From the NCBI RefSeq assembly GCF_030013595.1, contig NZ_CP122768.1: 64,000 bases of DNA. One strand, given 5' to 3'. Shown here one piece after another: positions 35,433 to 47,604 of this stretch. The notes below the pieces were generated by a model that worked only from the letters and a program-made list of their open reading frames with translations, was not told the DNA's origin and made no database searches. The translations under genes were made by a program, and so were the position numbers. This DNA comes from Escherichia coli (GTDB lineage: Bacteria; Pseudomonadota; Gammaproteobacteria; Enterobacterales; Enterobacteriaceae). The first letter of the stretch is position 1; every line of letters starts with the position of its first letter.

Positions 35433-36821
35433 ATGACCATTACTCCGGCAACTCATGCAATTTCGATAAATCCTGCCACCGGTGAACAACTTTCTGTGCT
35501 GCCGTGGGCTGGCGCTGATGATATCGAAAACGCACTTCAGCTGGCGGCAGCAGGCTTTCGCGACTGGCGCGAGACAAATATAGATTATCGTGCTGAAAAA
35601 CTGCGTGATATCGGTAAGGCTCTGCGTGTCCGTAGCGAAGAAATGGCGCAAATGATCACCCGTGAAATGGGCAAACCAATCAACCAGGCGCGCGCTGAAG
35701 TGGCGAAATCGGCGAATTTGTGTGACTGGTATGCAGAACATGGTCCGGCAATGCTGAAGGCGGAACCTACGCTGGTGGAAAATCAGCAGGCAGTTATTGA
35801 GTATCGACCGTTGGGGACAATTCTGGCGATTATGCCGTGGAATTTTCCGTTATGGCAGGTGATGCGTGGCGCGGTTCCCATCATTCTTGCAGGTAACGGC
35901 TACTTACTTAAACATGCGCCGAATGTGATGGGCTGTGCACAGCTCATTGCCCAGGTGTTTAAAGATGCGGGTATCCCACAAGGCGTATATGGCTGGCTGA
36001 ATGCCGACAACGACGGCGTCAGTCAGATGATTAAAGACTCGCGCATTGCTGCTGTCACGGTGACCGGAAGTGTTCGTGCGGGAGCGGCTATTGGCGCACA
36101 GGCTGGAGCGGCACTGAAAAAATGCGTACTGGAACTGGGCGGTTCGGATCCATTTATTGTGCTTAACGATGCCGATCTGGAACTGGCGGTTAAAGCGGCG
36201 GTAGCCGGACGTTATCAGAATACCGGACAGGTATGTGCAGCGGCAAAACGCTTTATTATCGAAGAGGGAATTGCTTCTGCATTTACCGAACGTTTTGTGG
36301 CAGCTGCGGCAGCCTTGAAAATGGGCGATCCCCGTGACGAAGAGAACACTCTCGGACCAATGGCTCGTTTTGATTTACGTGATGAGCTGCATCATCAGGT
36401 GGAGAAAACCCTGGCGCAGGGTGCGCGTTTGTTACTGGGCGGGGAAAAGATGGCTGGGGCAGGTAACTACTATCCGCCAACGGTTCTGGCGAATGTTACC
36501 CCAGAAATGACCGCGTTTCGGGAAGAAATGTTTGGCCCCGTTGCGGCAATCACCATTGCGAAAGATGCAGAACATGCGCTGGAACTGGCTAATGATAGTG
36601 AGTTCGGCCTTTCAGCGACCATTTTCACCACCGACGAAACACGGGCCAGACAGATGGCGGCACGTCTGGAATGCGGTGGGGTGTTTATCAATGGTTATTG
36701 TGCCAGCGACGCGCGAGTGGCCTTTGGTGGCGTGAAAAAGAGTGGCTTTGGTCGTGAGCTTTCCCATTTCGGCTTACACGAATTCTGTAATATCCAGACA
36801 GTGTGGAAAGACCGGATCTGA
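35433..36821 (+). CDS. sad: NAD(P)-dependent succinate-semialdehyde dehydrogenase Sad (YneI)
   Basis: 462-aa aldehyde dehydrogenase family member with catalytic Cys region. Confidence 0.9.
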   Translation: MTITPATHAISINPATGEQLSVLPWAGADDIENALQLAAAGFRDWRETNIDYRAEKLRDIGKALRVRSEEMAQMITREMGKPINQARAEVAKSANLCDWYAEHGPAMLKAEPTLVENQQAVIEYRPLGTILAIMPWNFPLWQVMRGAVPIILAGNGYLLKHAPNVMGCAQLIAQVFKDAGIPQGVYGWLNADNDGVSQMIKDSRIAAVTVTGSVRAGAAIGAQAGAALKKCVLELGGSDPFIVLNDADLELAVKAAVAGRYQNTGQVCAAAKRFIIEEGIASAFTERFVAAAAALKMGDPRDEENTLGPMARFDLRDELHHQVEKTLAQGARLLLGGEKMAGAGNYYPPTVLANVTPEMTAFREEMFGPVAAITIAKDAEHALELANDSEFGLSATIFTTDETRARQMAARLECGGVFINGYCASDARVAFGGVKKSGFGRELSHFGLHEFCNIQTVWKDRI

Positions 36822-36884
36822 CGCGACATATTCAGCTCTGATATACTCGCAGGTCTTTTCAGACCTGCGGTCCAGGAGTAGAAA

Positions 36885-37811
36885 GTGGCAGTCGCCATGG
36901 ATAATGCAATTTTAGAAAACATCTTGCGGCAAGTGCGGCCGCTCATTGGTCAGGGTAAAGTCGCGGATTATATTCCGGCGCTGGCTACAGTAGACGGTTC
37001 CCGATTGGGGATTGCTATCTGTACCGTTGACGGACAGCTTTTTCAGGCCGGAGACGCGCAAGAACGTTTTTCCATTCAGTCTATTTCCAAAGTGCTGAGT
37101 CTCGTTGTCGCCATGCGTCATTACTCCGAAGAGGAAATCTGGCAACGCGTCGGCAAAGATCCGTCTGGATCACCGTTCAATTCTTTAGTGCAACTGGAAA
37201 TGGAGCAGGGTATTCCGCGTAATCCGTTTATTAATGCCGGTGCGCTGGTGGTCTGCGATATGTTGCAAGGGCGATTAAGCGCTCCTCGGCAACGTATGCT
37301 GGAAGTCGTGCGCGGCTTAAGCGGTGTGTCTGATATTTCCTACGATACGGTGGTAGCGCGTTCCGAATTTGAACACTCCGCGCGAAATGCGGCTATCGCC
37401 TGGCTGATGAAGTCATTTGGCAATTTCCATCATGACGTGACAACCGTTCTGCAAAACTACTTTCATTACTGCGCTCTGAAAATGAGCTGTGTAGAGCTGG
37501 CCCGGACGTTTGTCTTTCTGGCTAATCAGGGGAAAGCTATTCATATTGATGAACCCGTGGTGACGCCGATGCAGGCGCGGCAAATTAATGCGCTGATGGC
37601 GACCAGTGGTATGTACCAGAACGCGGGGGAGTTTGCCTGGCGGGTGGGACTACCGGCAAAATCTGGCGTTGGTGGCGGTATTGTGGCGATTGTTCCGCAT
37701 GAAATGGCCATCGCAGTCTGGAGCCCGGAACTGGATGATGCCGGTAACTCGCTTGCGGGCATTGCTGCCCTTGAACAATTGACGAAACAATTAGGGCGTT
37801 CGGTTTATTAA
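36885..37811 (+). CDS. glsB: Glutaminase 2 (GlsB/YneH)
   Basis: 308-aa serine-dependent glutaminase family protein. Confidence 0.9.
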   Translation: MAVAMDNAILENILRQVRPLIGQGKVADYIPALATVDGSRLGIAICTVDGQLFQAGDAQERFSIQSISKVLSLVVAMRHYSEEEIWQRVGKDPSGSPFNSLVQLEMEQGIPRNPFINAGALVVCDMLQGRLSAPRQRMLEVVRGLSGVSDISYDTVVARSEFEHSARNAAIAWLMKSFGNFHHDVTTVLQNYFHYCALKMSCVELARTFVFLANQGKAIHIDEPVVTPMQARQINALMATSGMYQNAGEFAWRVGLPAKSGVGGGIVAIVPHEMAIAVWSPELDDAGNSLAGIAALEQLTKQLGRSVY

Positions 37812-38170
37812 TGCAGTCTCTCGATCCACTCTTCGCGCGTTTATCCCGTTCAAAATTTCGCTCTCGCTTTCGTTTGGGTGTGAAAGAGCGTCAGTATTGT
37901 CTGGAGAAAGGCGCGCCAGTCATCGAACAACATGCGGCGGATTTTGTCTCTAAACGTCTTGCTCCGGCATTACCGGCTAACGACGGTAAGCAAACCCCCA
38001 TGCGCGGGCATCCGGTGTTTATCGCTCAGCACGCCACTGCAACCTGTTGTCGCGGTTGTCTGGCTAAGTGGCATAACATTCCGCAGGGTGTTTCGTTAAG
38101 CGAGGAACAACAACGTTATATCGTGGCGGTAATCTATCACTGGTTGGTTATACAGATGAATCAGCCATGA
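37811..38170 (+). CDS. yneG: Uncharacterised protein YneG
   Basis: 119 aa, start overlaps glsB stop (translational coupling). Confidence 0.8.
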   Translation: MQSLDPLFARLSRSKFRSRFRLGVKERQYCLEKGAPVIEQHAADFVSKRLAPALPANDGKQTPMRGHPVFIAQHATATCCRGCLAKWHNIPQGVSLSEEQQRYIVAVIYHWLVIQMNQP

Positions 38171-38308
38171 TAATTGCGGAAAACGATAAAATAGCATTCC
38201 CAGGATATCTTTATTTGCCGCCGCTGTCAGCGAACATGCTATCCTTTATGAGAATTTACTTATTACGTTGAGATAATTGCCATCCGCAATTGTATGGACC
38301 GATAATTA

Positions 38309-39727
38309 ATGCATGTACAGCCCATTTCAACTTTCCGTTTGTTCCAGGAAGGTCATCTGCTACGTAATAGCATCGCTATTTTTGCGCTAACCACGCTGTT
38401 CTATTTTATTGGTGCAGAGTTACGGCTGGTTCACGAACTTTCTCTTTTCTGGCCGCTGAATGGCGTAATGGCGGGGGTGTTTGCCCGCTATGTCTGGCTT
38501 AATCGACTGCATTACTATGCGATCAGTTATGTGGCAATGCTGGTTTATGATGCCATAACCACCGAATGGGGGCTGGTTTCACTGGCTATCAATTTCTCCA
38601 ATATGATGTTTATTGTTACCGTCGCCTTACTGGTCGCGCGGGATAAGCGTCTGGGGAAAAATAAGTATGAGCCAGTAAGTGCCTTACGGCTATTTAATTA
38701 CTGTCTGATTGCCGCATTATTATGCGCTATTGTCGGGGCGATTGGTTCGGTCAGTATTGATAGTCTGGATTTCTGGCCTTTGCTTGCCGACTGGTTCAGT
38801 GAGCAATTCTCAACGGGCGTGTTGATCGTGCCTTGTATGCTGACGTTGGCAATTCCTGGAGTGCTGCCGCGCTTTAAAGCAGAACAGATGATGCCCGCTA
38901 TCGCGCTTATTGTGTCGGTTATTGCCTCGGTAGTCATTGGCGGAGCGGGGAGTCTGGCGTTCCCGCTGCCTGCATTAATCTGGTGTGCAGTGCGCTATAC
39001 GCCGCAGGTAACATGTCTGTTGACCTTTGTCACCGGTGCGGTGGAAATCGTACTGGTGGCAAATTCGGTGATTGATATCTCGGTCGGTTCGCCATTCTCC
39101 ATTCCAGAAATGTTCTCCGCACGTCTCGGTATTGCCACGATGGCGATATGCCCAATTATGGTTTCTTTTAGCGTGGCAGCGATCAATTCGCTAATGAAGC
39201 AAGTTGCGCTGCGAGCCGACTTTGATTTTCTGACTCAGGTTTACTCACGGTCCGGTCTTTATGAGGCGCTGAAAAGTCCATCGCTGAAACAGACACAACA
39301 TCTGACTGTCATGCTGCTTGATATCGACTATTTCAAAAGCATTAACGATAACTATGGACATGAATGTGGCGATAAAGTGTTAAGCGTGTTTGCCCAGCAT
39401 ATTCAGAAGATTGTCGGTGATAAGGGGCTGGTGGCGCGAATGGGCGGCGAAGAATTTGCTGTTGCAGTGCCGTCGGTGAATCCTGTCGATGGTCTGCTAA
39501 TGGCGGAAAAAATCCGTAAAGGCGTTGAACTGCAACCGTTCACCTGGCAACAAAAAACGCTTTATCTCACGGTAAGTATTGGCGTCGGTAGTGGTTGCGC
39601 ATCGTACCGAACGCTGACCGATGACTTTAATAAATTGATGGTCGAAGCCGATACATGTCTGTATCGCTCGAAGAAAGATGGGCGCAACCGTACCAGCACT
39701 ATGCGTTACGGTGAGGAAGTTGTCTGA
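38309..39727 (+). CDS. dgcF: Membrane-anchored diguanylate cyclase DgcF (YneF)
   Basis: 472 aa; N-terminal polytopic membrane domain, C-terminal GGDEF with GGEEF motif; start codon choice uncertain. Confidence 0.8.
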   Translation: MHVQPISTFRLFQEGHLLRNSIAIFALTTLFYFIGAELRLVHELSLFWPLNGVMAGVFARYVWLNRLHYYAISYVAMLVYDAITTEWGLVSLAINFSNMMFIVTVALLVARDKRLGKNKYEPVSALRLFNYCLIAALLCAIVGAIGSVSIDSLDFWPLLADWFSEQFSTGVLIVPCMLTLAIPGVLPRFKAEQMMPAIALIVSVIASVVIGGAGSLAFPLPALIWCAVRYTPQVTCLLTFVTGAVEIVLVANSVIDISVGSPFSIPEMFSARLGIATMAICPIMVSFSVAAINSLMKQVALRADFDFLTQVYSRSGLYEALKSPSLKQTQHLTVMLLDIDYFKSINDNYGHECGDKVLSVFAQHIQKIVGDKGLVARMGGEEFAVAVPSVNPVDGLLMAEKIRKGVELQPFTWQQKTLYLTVSIGVGSGCASYRTLTDDFNKLMVEADTCLYRSKKDGRNRTSTMRYGEEVV

Positions 39728-39953
39728 CATCTTTATTCATTCACAGCGATTTAAATGCAATGTGTTCTACCACTTTATGTTCGAAGAAAAGGCGTATTTC
39801 CTCAATTAAACCATGATCCGCGCCACACTTTTCTCATAAAACTGCTTATTAATCATCAGGAGTTGATCAAAACAGGGGTTCGGCGTATTAAAGTTTGCTA
39901 ACCTGTCGCACCAATTTAAACAGGTTGTATGACTAATCAGAAGGGAACCCATT

Positions 39954-41405
39954 GTGAAAACACTAAATCGTCGCGATTTTCCCGGTGCACAGTATCCAGA
40001 ACGTATCATTCAGTTTGGTGAAGGTAACTTCCTGCGCGCCTTTGTTGACTGGCAAATCGATCTCCTGAATGAGCACACCGATCTGAATTCTGGCGTGGTC
40101 GTTGTTCGTCCGATTGAAACTTCATTCCCGCCGTCACTGAGCACGCAGGATGGTCTGTATACCACCATTATCCGTGGTCTGAACGAGAAGGGGGAAGCGG
40201 TCAGCGACGCGCGTCTGATTCGCTCTGTTAATCGTGAAATCAGCGTCTACAGTGAATACGATGAATTCCTGAAACTGGCGCACAACCCGGAAATGCGCTT
40301 TGTTTTCTCTAACACCACCGAAGCGGGTATCAGCTACCATGCGGGCGATAAATTCGATGACGCGCCAGCGGTAAGTTATCCGGCAAAACTGACCCGTCTG
40401 CTGTTCGAACGTTTTAGCCATTTCAACGGTGCGCTGGATAAAGGTTGGATCATCATCCCGTGTGAGTTGATCGACTACAATGGCGACGCGTTGCGTGAAC
40501 TGGTGCTGCGCTATGCGCAAGAGTGGGCACTGCCAGAAGCATTTATTCAATGGCTGGATCAGGCTAACAGCTTCTGTTCTACGCTGGTGGACCGTATCGT
40601 TACCGGTTATCCGCGCGATGAAGTGGCTAAACTGGAAGAAGAACTGGGTTATCACGATGGTTTCCTCGACACCGCTGAACACTTTTACCTGTTTGTGATT
40701 CAGGGGCCGAAATCCTTAGCGACTGAGCTGCGCCTGGACAAATATCCGCTCAACGTGCTGATTGTTGACGATATTAAACCGTATAAAGAACGCAAAGTGG
40801 CAATCCTCAACGGTGCGCACACCGCGCTGGTGCCGGTGGCGTTCCAGGCAGGGCTGGATACCGTAGGTGAAGCGATGAATGATGCTGAAATTTGCGCATT
40901 CGTTGAAAAAGCCATCTACGAAGAGATTATTCCGGTACTGGATTTGCCTCGTGATGAACTGGAATCTTTCGCCAGTGCAGTCACCGGACGTTTCCGTAAT
41001 CCGTACATCAAGCATCAGCTGCTGTCTATCGCGCTTAACGGTATGACCAAGTTCCGCACCCGTATCCTGCCGCAGCTGCTGGCAGGGCAGAAGGCAAACG
41101 GCGCACTTCCGGCGCGCCTTACTTTCGCATTAGCGGCATTGATTGCGTTTTATCGCGGTGAGCGTAACGGAGAAACATATCCGGTACAGGACGATGCACA
41201 CTGGCTGGAACGTTATAAGCAACTCTGGAGCCAGCATCGTGACCGTGTTATCGGTACCCAGGAACTGGTAGCGATTGTGTTGGCAGAAAAAGACCACTGG
41301 GAGCAGGACCTGACGCAAGTGCCTGGTCTGGTCGAGCAGGTGGCTAATGACCTGGATGTGATTCTCGAAAAAGGAATGCGCGAAGCTGTACGTCCGTTGT
41401 GCTAA
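39954..41405 (+). CDS. uxaB: Altronate oxidoreductase (tagaturonate reductase) UxaB
   Basis: 483-aa mannitol dehydrogenase-family enzyme. Confidence 0.9.
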   Translation: MKTLNRRDFPGAQYPERIIQFGEGNFLRAFVDWQIDLLNEHTDLNSGVVVVRPIETSFPPSLSTQDGLYTTIIRGLNEKGEAVSDARLIRSVNREISVYSEYDEFLKLAHNPEMRFVFSNTTEAGISYHAGDKFDDAPAVSYPAKLTRLLFERFSHFNGALDKGWIIIPCELIDYNGDALRELVLRYAQEWALPEAFIQWLDQANSFCSTLVDRIVTGYPRDEVAKLEEELGYHDGFLDTAEHFYLFVIQGPKSLATELRLDKYPLNVLIVDDIKPYKERKVAILNGAHTALVPVAFQAGLDTVGEAMNDAEICAFVEKAIYEEIIPVLDLPRDELESFASAVTGRFRNPYIKHQLLSIALNGMTKFRTRILPQLLAGQKANGALPARLTFALAALIAFYRGERNGETYPVQDDAHWLERYKQLWSQHRDRVIGTQELVAIVLAEKDHWEQDLTQVPGLVEQVANDLDVILEKGMREAVRPLC

Positions 41406-41412
41406 TACTCTG

Positions 41413-41437
41413 AACCCGGTTTCGACCGGGTTTCTTA
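41413..41437 (+). terminator. Rho-independent terminator after uxaB
   Basis: aacccggt-TTCG-accgggtt hairpin followed by a T-rich tract. Confidence 0.6.
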
Positions 41438-41601
41438 TTTCACTATATTAGTTACAACATCCTATGTGCCTTTATCATTAACGGGTGCCATATGCCACAC
41501 CTGTAAATGTTGTAAGCTTGTAGGTAATTTGTACGTAGCGTCTTGAGAATGTGATCGTAATCACGTTTAATAGGGCGACTTTTCCACGCCTGAAGATAAC
41601 C

Positions 41602-42516
41602 ATGATAGTTCGTCCACAACAACACTGGCTGCGCCGTATTTTTGTCTGGCATGGCTCAGTATTATCCAAGATATCCTCGCGCTTACTACTCAATTTTCTC
41701 TTTTCTATCGCTGTTATTTTCATGCTGCCCTGGTACACGCATCTGGGCATCAAATTCACCCTCGCACCGTTCAGCATTCTCGGTGTCGCCATCGCCATTT
41801 TTCTTGGTTTTCGTAATAATGCCGGGTACGCCCGTTACGTTGAAGCGCGAAAACTTTGGGGGCAGTTGATGATTGCCTCACGGTCGTTACTGCGGGAGGT
41901 AAAAACGACATTGCCGGATTCGGCAAGTGTAAGGGAGTTTGCACGGCTGCAAATCGCCTTCGCCCACTGTTTACGCATGACATTACGCAAACAACCACAG
42001 GCGGAAGTGCTGGCACATTATCTCAAGACTGAAGATCTTCAGCGTGTACTGGCTTCGAACTCTCCAGCTAACCGTATCTTGTTAATAATGGGGGAGTGGT
42101 TGGCGGTTCAGCGCCGCAATGGACAGCTTTCAGATATCCTGTTTATTAGCCTCAACGATCGGCTTAACGATATTTCAGCGGTTCTGGCAGGCTGCGAGCG
42201 CATTGCCTATACGCCAATTCCCTTTGCCTACACCCTGATTTTGCATCGTACCGTTTATCTGTTTTGTATCATGCTGCCGTTCGCGCTGGTCGTGGACCTG
42301 CATTACATGACGCCTTTTATCTCTGTGCTGATTTCCTACACTTTTATTTCGCTGGATTGTCTGGCGGAAGAACTGGAAGATCCCTTCGGTACTGAAAACA
42401 ATGATTTACCGCTGGATGCCATCTGCAACGCTATTGAAATTGACCTGTTACAGATGAACGATGAAGCAGAAATTCCGGCAAAAATTCTTCCCGATCGTCA
42501 TTACCAGCTGACGTAA
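41602..42516 (+). CDS. yneE: Bestrophin-family membrane protein YneE
   Basis: ORF track 321 aa; trimmed to the 304-aa form starting MIVRPQQHWLRRIFVWHGSVL. Confidence 0.8.
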   Translation: MIVRPQQHWLRRIFVWHGSVLSKISSRLLLNFLFSIAVIFMLPWYTHLGIKFTLAPFSILGVAIAIFLGFRNNAGYARYVEARKLWGQLMIASRSLLREVKTTLPDSASVREFARLQIAFAHCLRMTLRKQPQAEVLAHYLKTEDLQRVLASNSPANRILLIMGEWLAVQRRNGQLSDILFISLNDRLNDISAVLAGCERIAYTPIPFAYTLILHRTVYLFCIMLPFALVVDLHYMTPFISVLISYTFISLDCLAEELEDPFGTENNDLPLDAICNAIEIDLLQMNDEAEIPAKILPDRHYQLT

Positions 42517-42519
42517 GAT

Positions 42520-43278
42520 TTACTCCGTACGCCGGGCAACAATAAACAGACGCGGAAATGCCAGCAGTATCTGTCCGTTCTCTTGCAGTGGATACTGCTC
42601 TTCCAGCATCTGATGGTAGCGCGTAAGAAAATGCTGCTGTTCGCTCTCGGTCAGATCCTGTAACCACGGACGTAATCCAGTGGCGGTCACCCAATCGATA
42701 ATCGCCTGGTGCGACGGCATCTGGTGATAGTAAGTGGTTCGCCAGATATCGACCTCACATCCGGCTTCGCTCAAAATATCGTAGTAAGCATGAACGCCAG
42801 CCAGCGGCTCACGCCCGCGATCCGGATAATTTTGTTCCCAGGCGACTTCGCGCATGAGCACATGGGTTGGCTCTAGCCAGTTATCTGGCATCTGTACTGC
42901 CAACACACCATGCGAATTAAGTAAAGAAACCAGATGAGGGAACAATTCGTAGTGGTCGGGCAGCCATTGCAGTGAGGCATTAGCAAAAATCAGATCGAGT
43001 GCCTGTTCCGGTTGCCAGTTGCGGATGTCTGCTTCCACGAACTGGCAGTCTGGCAAAGCACTGCGCGCTTCAGCAATCATCGCCGGAGACGAGTCGATGC
43101 CTGTTATCCTGGCCGCAGGCCAACGTTGATGCAGCAGGGCGGTGCTGTTACCTGGGCCACAGCCAAGATCGGCAACGTATTCGATATTCTCCAGCGGCAC
43201 TCTGGCAAGCAGCTCCACCGCCGGACGCGATCGTTCAGCGGCAAAGTGCAGATATAAAGAGGGGTTCCAGTCAGACAT
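42520..43278 (-). CDS. tam: Trans-aconitate 2-methyltransferase Tam
   Basis: 252 aa with SAM-binding DLGCGPG motif. Confidence 0.9.
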   Translation of the reverse strand: MSDWNPSLYLHFAAERSRPAVELLARVPLENIEYVADLGCGPGNSTALLHQRWPAARITGIDSSPAMIAEARSALPDCQFVEADIRNWQPEQALDLIFANASLQWLPDHYELFPHLVSLLNSHGVLAVQMPDNWLEPTHVLMREVAWEQNYPDRGREPLAGVHAYYDILSEAGCEVDIWRTTYYHQMPSHQAIIDWVTATGLRPWLQDLTESEQQHFLTRYHQMLEEQYPLQENGQILLAFPRLFIVARRTE

Positions 43279-43334
43279 TTTTTTACTCCCGTCAGCGCGT
43301 TACCCCAATTGTAGATAAAATTGATAAATTCGCC

Positions 43335-43625
43335 TCACGGCATCAACCCATTGAACAGACGTTTTTTACGCGGCCCGGTCATTAAAGATTCCAGTTTCGC
43401 GACACAGGTTTTGTAGTGGGGCGTGGTTTTATGGAACGCCACTGCGTCTTCATCTTTATAGGCTTCGTAGATATAAAAGCGCGAATTCACTTCCGGGTCC
43501 TGTAAGACATCGAAGCGCAAATTGCCTTCTTCCTGTACCGAGCCCAGGTGGTTCTGGCGAAAAACTTCGATAAACTCGTCAACCTTGTCTTCATGAACGT
43601 TAATTTCAACCAGTGTGACGTGCAT
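43335..43625 (-). CDS. lsrG: Autoinducer-2 degrading protein LsrG (ABM monooxygenase-like)
   Basis: ORF track 108 aa; trimmed to the 96-aa form starting [18 protein letters not shown]. Confidence 0.85.
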   Translation of the reverse strand: MHVTLVEINVHEDKVDEFIEVFRQNHLGSVQEEGNLRFDVLQDPEVNSRFYIYEAYKDEDAVAFHKTTPHYKTCVAKLESLMTGPRKKRLFNGLMP

Positions 43626-43647
43626 GTTTCTTCTCCTTAATCCGCAG

Positions 43648-44523
43648 TTACTGTTTTTCACTCAGATAGAGTTCATATGCCCGATCAGCCGTTTCGTTAT
43701 GGTGTACTACCGCCTGTACGGCTTTCATCATCGCCACCGGATGGTCAGACTGGAAAATATTACGCCCCATATCCACACCAGAAGCGCCCTGATCGATAGC
43801 CTGCCAGCACATTTCCAGCGCCTCGCGCTCCGGTAATTTTTTACCGCCAGCAATAACAATGGGTACCGGACATCCGGCAACAATCCGTTCAAAACCTTTT
43901 TCGACATAATAGGTTTTGATAATCTGCGCCCCCATTTCAGCGGCGATTCGAGTCGCGAGCGAGAAATAACGCTGATCGCGCACCATATCTTTGCCCACGC
44001 CAGTCACGGCCATGGTCGGCATTCCCACTTTCATTCCGGCATCGACCAGCTGAATAATATTTTTGATCGACTGATGTTCATATTCGCTGCCGATATAAAC
44101 CTGCGCCGCCACCGCGCAACTGTTCAGGCGCACGGCATCATCCATCGATAACGCCACGGCTTCATTACTTAATTCCGCCAGAATAGAGTTCGCACCTGAC
44201 GCCCGCAGTACCACCGGTTTATTGGTCGCAGGGGGGACTACGCTGCGCAAAATGCCGCGCGTACACATTAATACATCGGCATGTTCAAACAGCGGGGCGA
44301 TATTTATATCAATGCGTTCAAGTCCGGTAGTCGGCCCCTGAAAATAACCATGGTCAAAGGCCAGCATCACGGTTTTACCCGTTTTCGGATTAAATATCCG
44401 TGATAAGCGTGACTGCATTCCCCAATCCAGCGCACCGCAACCTTTCAGGGTAAAAGGGATATTTTGTTGCGGTTGATCGGTACGAAAATCTTTACCATCT
44501 TTAATATCGTCTAAATCTGCCAT
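43648..44523 (-). CDS. lsrF: LsrF, class I aldolase-like thiolase of AI-2 catabolism
   Basis: 291 aa. Confidence 0.9.
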   Translation of the reverse strand: MADLDDIKDGKDFRTDQPQQNIPFTLKGCGALDWGMQSRLSRIFNPKTGKTVMLAFDHGYFQGPTTGLERIDINIAPLFEHADVLMCTRGILRSVVPPATNKPVVLRASGANSILAELSNEAVALSMDDAVRLNSCAVAAQVYIGSEYEHQSIKNIIQLVDAGMKVGMPTMAVTGVGKDMVRDQRYFSLATRIAAEMGAQIIKTYYVEKGFERIVAGCPVPIVIAGGKKLPEREALEMCWQAIDQGASGVDMGRNIFQSDHPVAMMKAVQAVVHHNETADRAYELYLSEKQ

Positions 44524-44549
44524 AACGTACTCCGGTTAAGTAATGCACA

Positions 44550-45572
44550 TCAGAAATCGTATTTGCCGATATTCTCTTTGTTGAATATCACGCGCTCCGG
44601 TAACAGTACGATGCCATTACCATCCGCTTCGTAGTCATAGCCCTGAACGCTGTTTGGCGAGACTTCCACCTGACCTACGCCCTGAATATCCAGCTTGTCG
44701 CCCGTTTTCATTGATCCTTTTTTCAATAATTCATCCGCGACATAAACTGAAATTTTGCCTTGCTGAACCACATCCCACAGGCCAAATTCTTTCACCGTGC
44801 CGCGTTCCACATACGGACGCATCACGTTTGGCGTACTGAATCCGACAATCGCAACTTTGTCATTTTTCAGGTTTTCTGCGGCTTGTGCGGCAGCGGGCAG
44901 GGCGTTGGCGTCGGGGGCGATAATGGCGTCGAGATCGCTATACGCTTTTAATATTCCTTCTGCGGTTTGTAATGATTTAGTGGCATCGTTATAGCCAAAC
45001 TGCGTAGTGACAATTTCCCAGCCTGGATGCTCTTTGGCGATTTTCGCTTTCGCCTCTTTCACCCACTGGTTTTGGTCCGTAACGGTGGGGCTTGAGTAGA
45101 AAAACGCGACTTTGGCTTTGTCTTTATTCACCTGACGCGCCGCCATATCCACCAACATACCTCCCAACTGGGCGGGCGTTCCCTGATTAATGTAGTAAGA
45201 GCGGCACTCCGGTTTGGTATCAGAGTCCCAGGTCAGCACTCTCACACCACGTTGCATGGCGCGTTTCAGTGCCGGACACAAGCCATCAGGCGAAACCGCA
45301 GAAACGATAATGGCGTTATAACCCTGATTGACGAAGTTATTAATCAACTGTACCTGACCAGAAACACTGGGTTCTGTCGGCCCGTCGTAGGTCACATCAA
45401 CGCCCAGCTCTTTACCCGCTTGTTGTGCGCCGTTGCCACCGCTGGTAAAAAATCCCACGCCAACCAGTTTGGGAATAAATGCAATACGCTCTGCGGCCTG
45501 CACATTCATAGAGATTGCGGCAATGCCAAGCGCGCTAAGTAAGGCGATTTTCTTAAAGCGATGAAGTGTCAT
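44550..45572 (-). CDS. lsrB: AI-2 periplasmic binding protein LsrB
   Basis: 340 aa with signal peptide. Confidence 0.9.
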   Translation of the reverse strand: MTLHRFKKIALLSALGIAAISMNVQAAERIAFIPKLVGVGFFTSGGNGAQQAGKELGVDVTYDGPTEPSVSGQVQLINNFVNQGYNAIIVSAVSPDGLCPALKRAMQRGVRVLTWDSDTKPECRSYYINQGTPAQLGGMLVDMAARQVNKDKAKVAFFYSSPTVTDQNQWVKEAKAKIAKEHPGWEIVTTQFGYNDATKSLQTAEGILKAYSDLDAIIAPDANALPAAAQAAENLKNDKVAIVGFSTPNVMRPYVERGTVKEFGLWDVVQQGKISVYVADELLKKGSMKTGDKLDIQGVGQVEVSPNSVQGYDYEADGNGIVLLPERVIFNKENIGKYDF

Positions 45573-45583
45573 GAAGATATCCT

Positions 45584-46576
45584 TTATGGCAATGGGTTAT
45601 TGGCCCGACGCGCCAGCCACTCTTTAATTTGCTGGCGATGCAGGCTAACGGAACGACCTACGACAACGACGATAAGTAGCGCACCGGAAAGGGCGCTGGA
45701 CACCTGATTTGGCACTCCTGCCATTTGCAAACCTTGTTGCAAATATCCCACTAATAAAACCGCAATGGCGGTGCCGATAATGGAACCGGAACCACCATAA
45801 ATATTGGCACCGCCAAGCACCACGGCGGTGATGGCGGGCATCAGAAACGACGCACCGAGATCGGAACGTGCTGATCCAAAATACGATACCAGCAGCACAG
45901 CGGCGACTGCAGACGCCAGCCCCGCCATGGCATAGAGCGCACACAAGGTGCGGTTAACTGGAATCGCGCTATAAACCGCCACACGCGGGCTTTGCCCAAT
46001 TAAAAACACGTTACGTCCGGCATGGGTTTTATGCAGCCAGAGCCAGAAAACGAGGAGACATATCAGGAAGATAATCAGCGGAACGGGGAGTCCCAGTACA
46101 TCCAGGTTAGCGAAATCTGTAAACGCCATCGGGAATCCACCAATACCTTCGTACCCCGTCGCTCCGGCCATCCCGGAAAGCAGCAGGGCACTTCCGGCAA
46201 ACAGATACAGCGTGCCAAGCGTAATCACCAGCGGGTTAACTTTGGTATAGATAATTAATCCGGCGTTGATCAGCCCGCACAATGCGCCGAGCAGTAAGGT
46301 CAGAAGAATCGCCAGCGGCATCGGCACACCACTTTGAAACAGTACGCCCAATGCAATGGCGCAGAGGCCGATAGTCGAACCAAACGAAATATCGATCCCG
46401 CCACTGACAATCACCATCGTCAGCGGTAGGGCGACAATGCCAATGCAGATAAAGTCACTGGTGCTGAACAGCAACATATTGAGATCTAACATCCGCGGGT
46501 TAATTGCACCAAATGCGACAATCTCAATAACGAGCAGTGCGGCAAGAGCCAGTTCCCAACCGTAGCGAATACGCAT
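45584..46576 (-). CDS. lsrD: AI-2 ABC transporter permease LsrD
   Basis: 330 aa. Confidence 0.9.
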   Translation of the reverse strand: MRIRYGWELALAALLVIEIVAFGAINPRMLDLNMLLFSTSDFICIGIVALPLTMVIVSGGIDISFGSTIGLCAIALGVLFQSGVPMPLAILLTLLLGALCGLINAGLIIYTKVNPLVITLGTLYLFAGSALLLSGMAGATGYEGIGGFPMAFTDFANLDVLGLPVPLIIFLICLLVFWLWLHKTHAGRNVFLIGQSPRVAVYSAIPVNRTLCALYAMAGLASAVAAVLLVSYFGSARSDLGASFLMPAITAVVLGGANIYGGSGSIIGTAIAVLLVGYLQQGLQMAGVPNQVSSALSGALLIVVVVGRSVSLHRQQIKEWLARRANNPLP

Positions 46577-47604
46577 TATGCAGCCTCCCGTTTTTTACCT
46601 GACGAAGCGGGTTTAACGGATGGCGGTGGTGTCATAAAGCGGGCATATTTTTGCCGCCGCAGATTACGTTCCAGCGCACAACGCAGGCGTCCATCAAACA
46701 CCAGCACCGCCAGCAGCACGAGGCCCGCGATAAAATCGTTCCACCATGCCGGAATGCGCAACAGCACCAGTACACTATCGATCTGCGTCAGGAACCATGC
46801 GCCGAGTACCGCACCGATGATCGCGCCGGAACCGCCGAGCAAACTAATGCCGCCCAGCACGCAGGCTGCAATTGCTTTCATCTCCAGCCCGGTACCGGTC
46901 TGGTTGGGGATAAAACCAATCTGCGAAGCAAACACAATTCCCGCCAGTGCCGCCATGCAGCCGTTCAACGAAAATGCCACAATGCGAATGGCTTCCGTAC
47001 GAACGCCCAGTTGACGAGCGCCCTGTAAATTATCGCCCGTGACATAAAAACTGCGTCCAAACGCCGTCTTTGCCAGCAGCCAGGCCATAAATACCACCAG
47101 AATTATCGTCAACCAACCAATCGCGGAAACGCCAAACAGCAGCGGGGCGGAGAGCTGTTTCAGTTCGGCGGGTAACCCTTCAATCCATTTGCCGCCAGTC
47201 CACAGCAACATGATGCCTCTGGACAACCCTAACGTGCCAAGGGTGGCGACAATGGCAGGGATCTTTAGCCACGCGACCAGGACACCGTTGAAAAATCCCG
47301 CGAGCAAACCAAGCAGTAAAGTCGCGACACAAGCAACAGGTAGTGAATACCCCGCGTTCAGTAACATCCCCAACAGCACTGCGCACATTCCGGTAATCGA
47401 ACCTACCGAAACATCGATATTGCGCGTGAGCATCACCAGCGTCGCGCCCATTGCCAGCAGGATCAGGATTTGCGCGCTGCTATAAACCATGGTCAGCGTT
47501 TGCACACTTAAATACTGGCGGTCGAGAAAACCGGGTAATACAAACAGCAGCACCACCGCCAGCAGTGCCGTGATTTCACGGTTGTTCTGAATAAATTTCA
47601 GCAT
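46576..47604 (-). CDS. lsrC: AI-2 ABC transporter permease LsrC
   Basis: 342 aa; overlaps lsrD and lsrA ends. Confidence 0.9.
   Translation of the reverse strand: MLKFIQNNREITALLAVVLLFVLPGFLDRQYLSVQTLTMVYSSAQILILLAMGATLVMLTRNIDVSVGSITGMCAVLLGMLLNAGYSLPVACVATLLLGLLAGFFNGVLVAWLKIPAIVATLGTLGLSRGIMLLWTGGKWIEGLPAELKQLSAPLLFGVSAIGWLTIILVVFMAWLLAKTAFGRSFYVTGDNLQGARQLGVRTEAIRIVAFSLNGCMAALAGIVFASQIGFIPNQTGTGLEMKAIAACVLGGISLLGGSGAIIGAVLGAWFLTQIDSVLVLLRIPAWWNDFIAGLVLLAVLVFDGRLRCALERNLRRQKYARFMTPPPSVKPASSGKKREAA

Noticed and set aside
40134-40682. 182-aa minus-strand ORF inside uxaB, and similar antisense ORFs inside sotB (32468..32941), the autotransporter (57194..57895), lsrK (50941..51432) and dcp (17489..17893)
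   Set aside because: Each is fully contained in a confidently assigned gene on the other strand and has no recognisable motif; treated as non-coding shadow ORFs.
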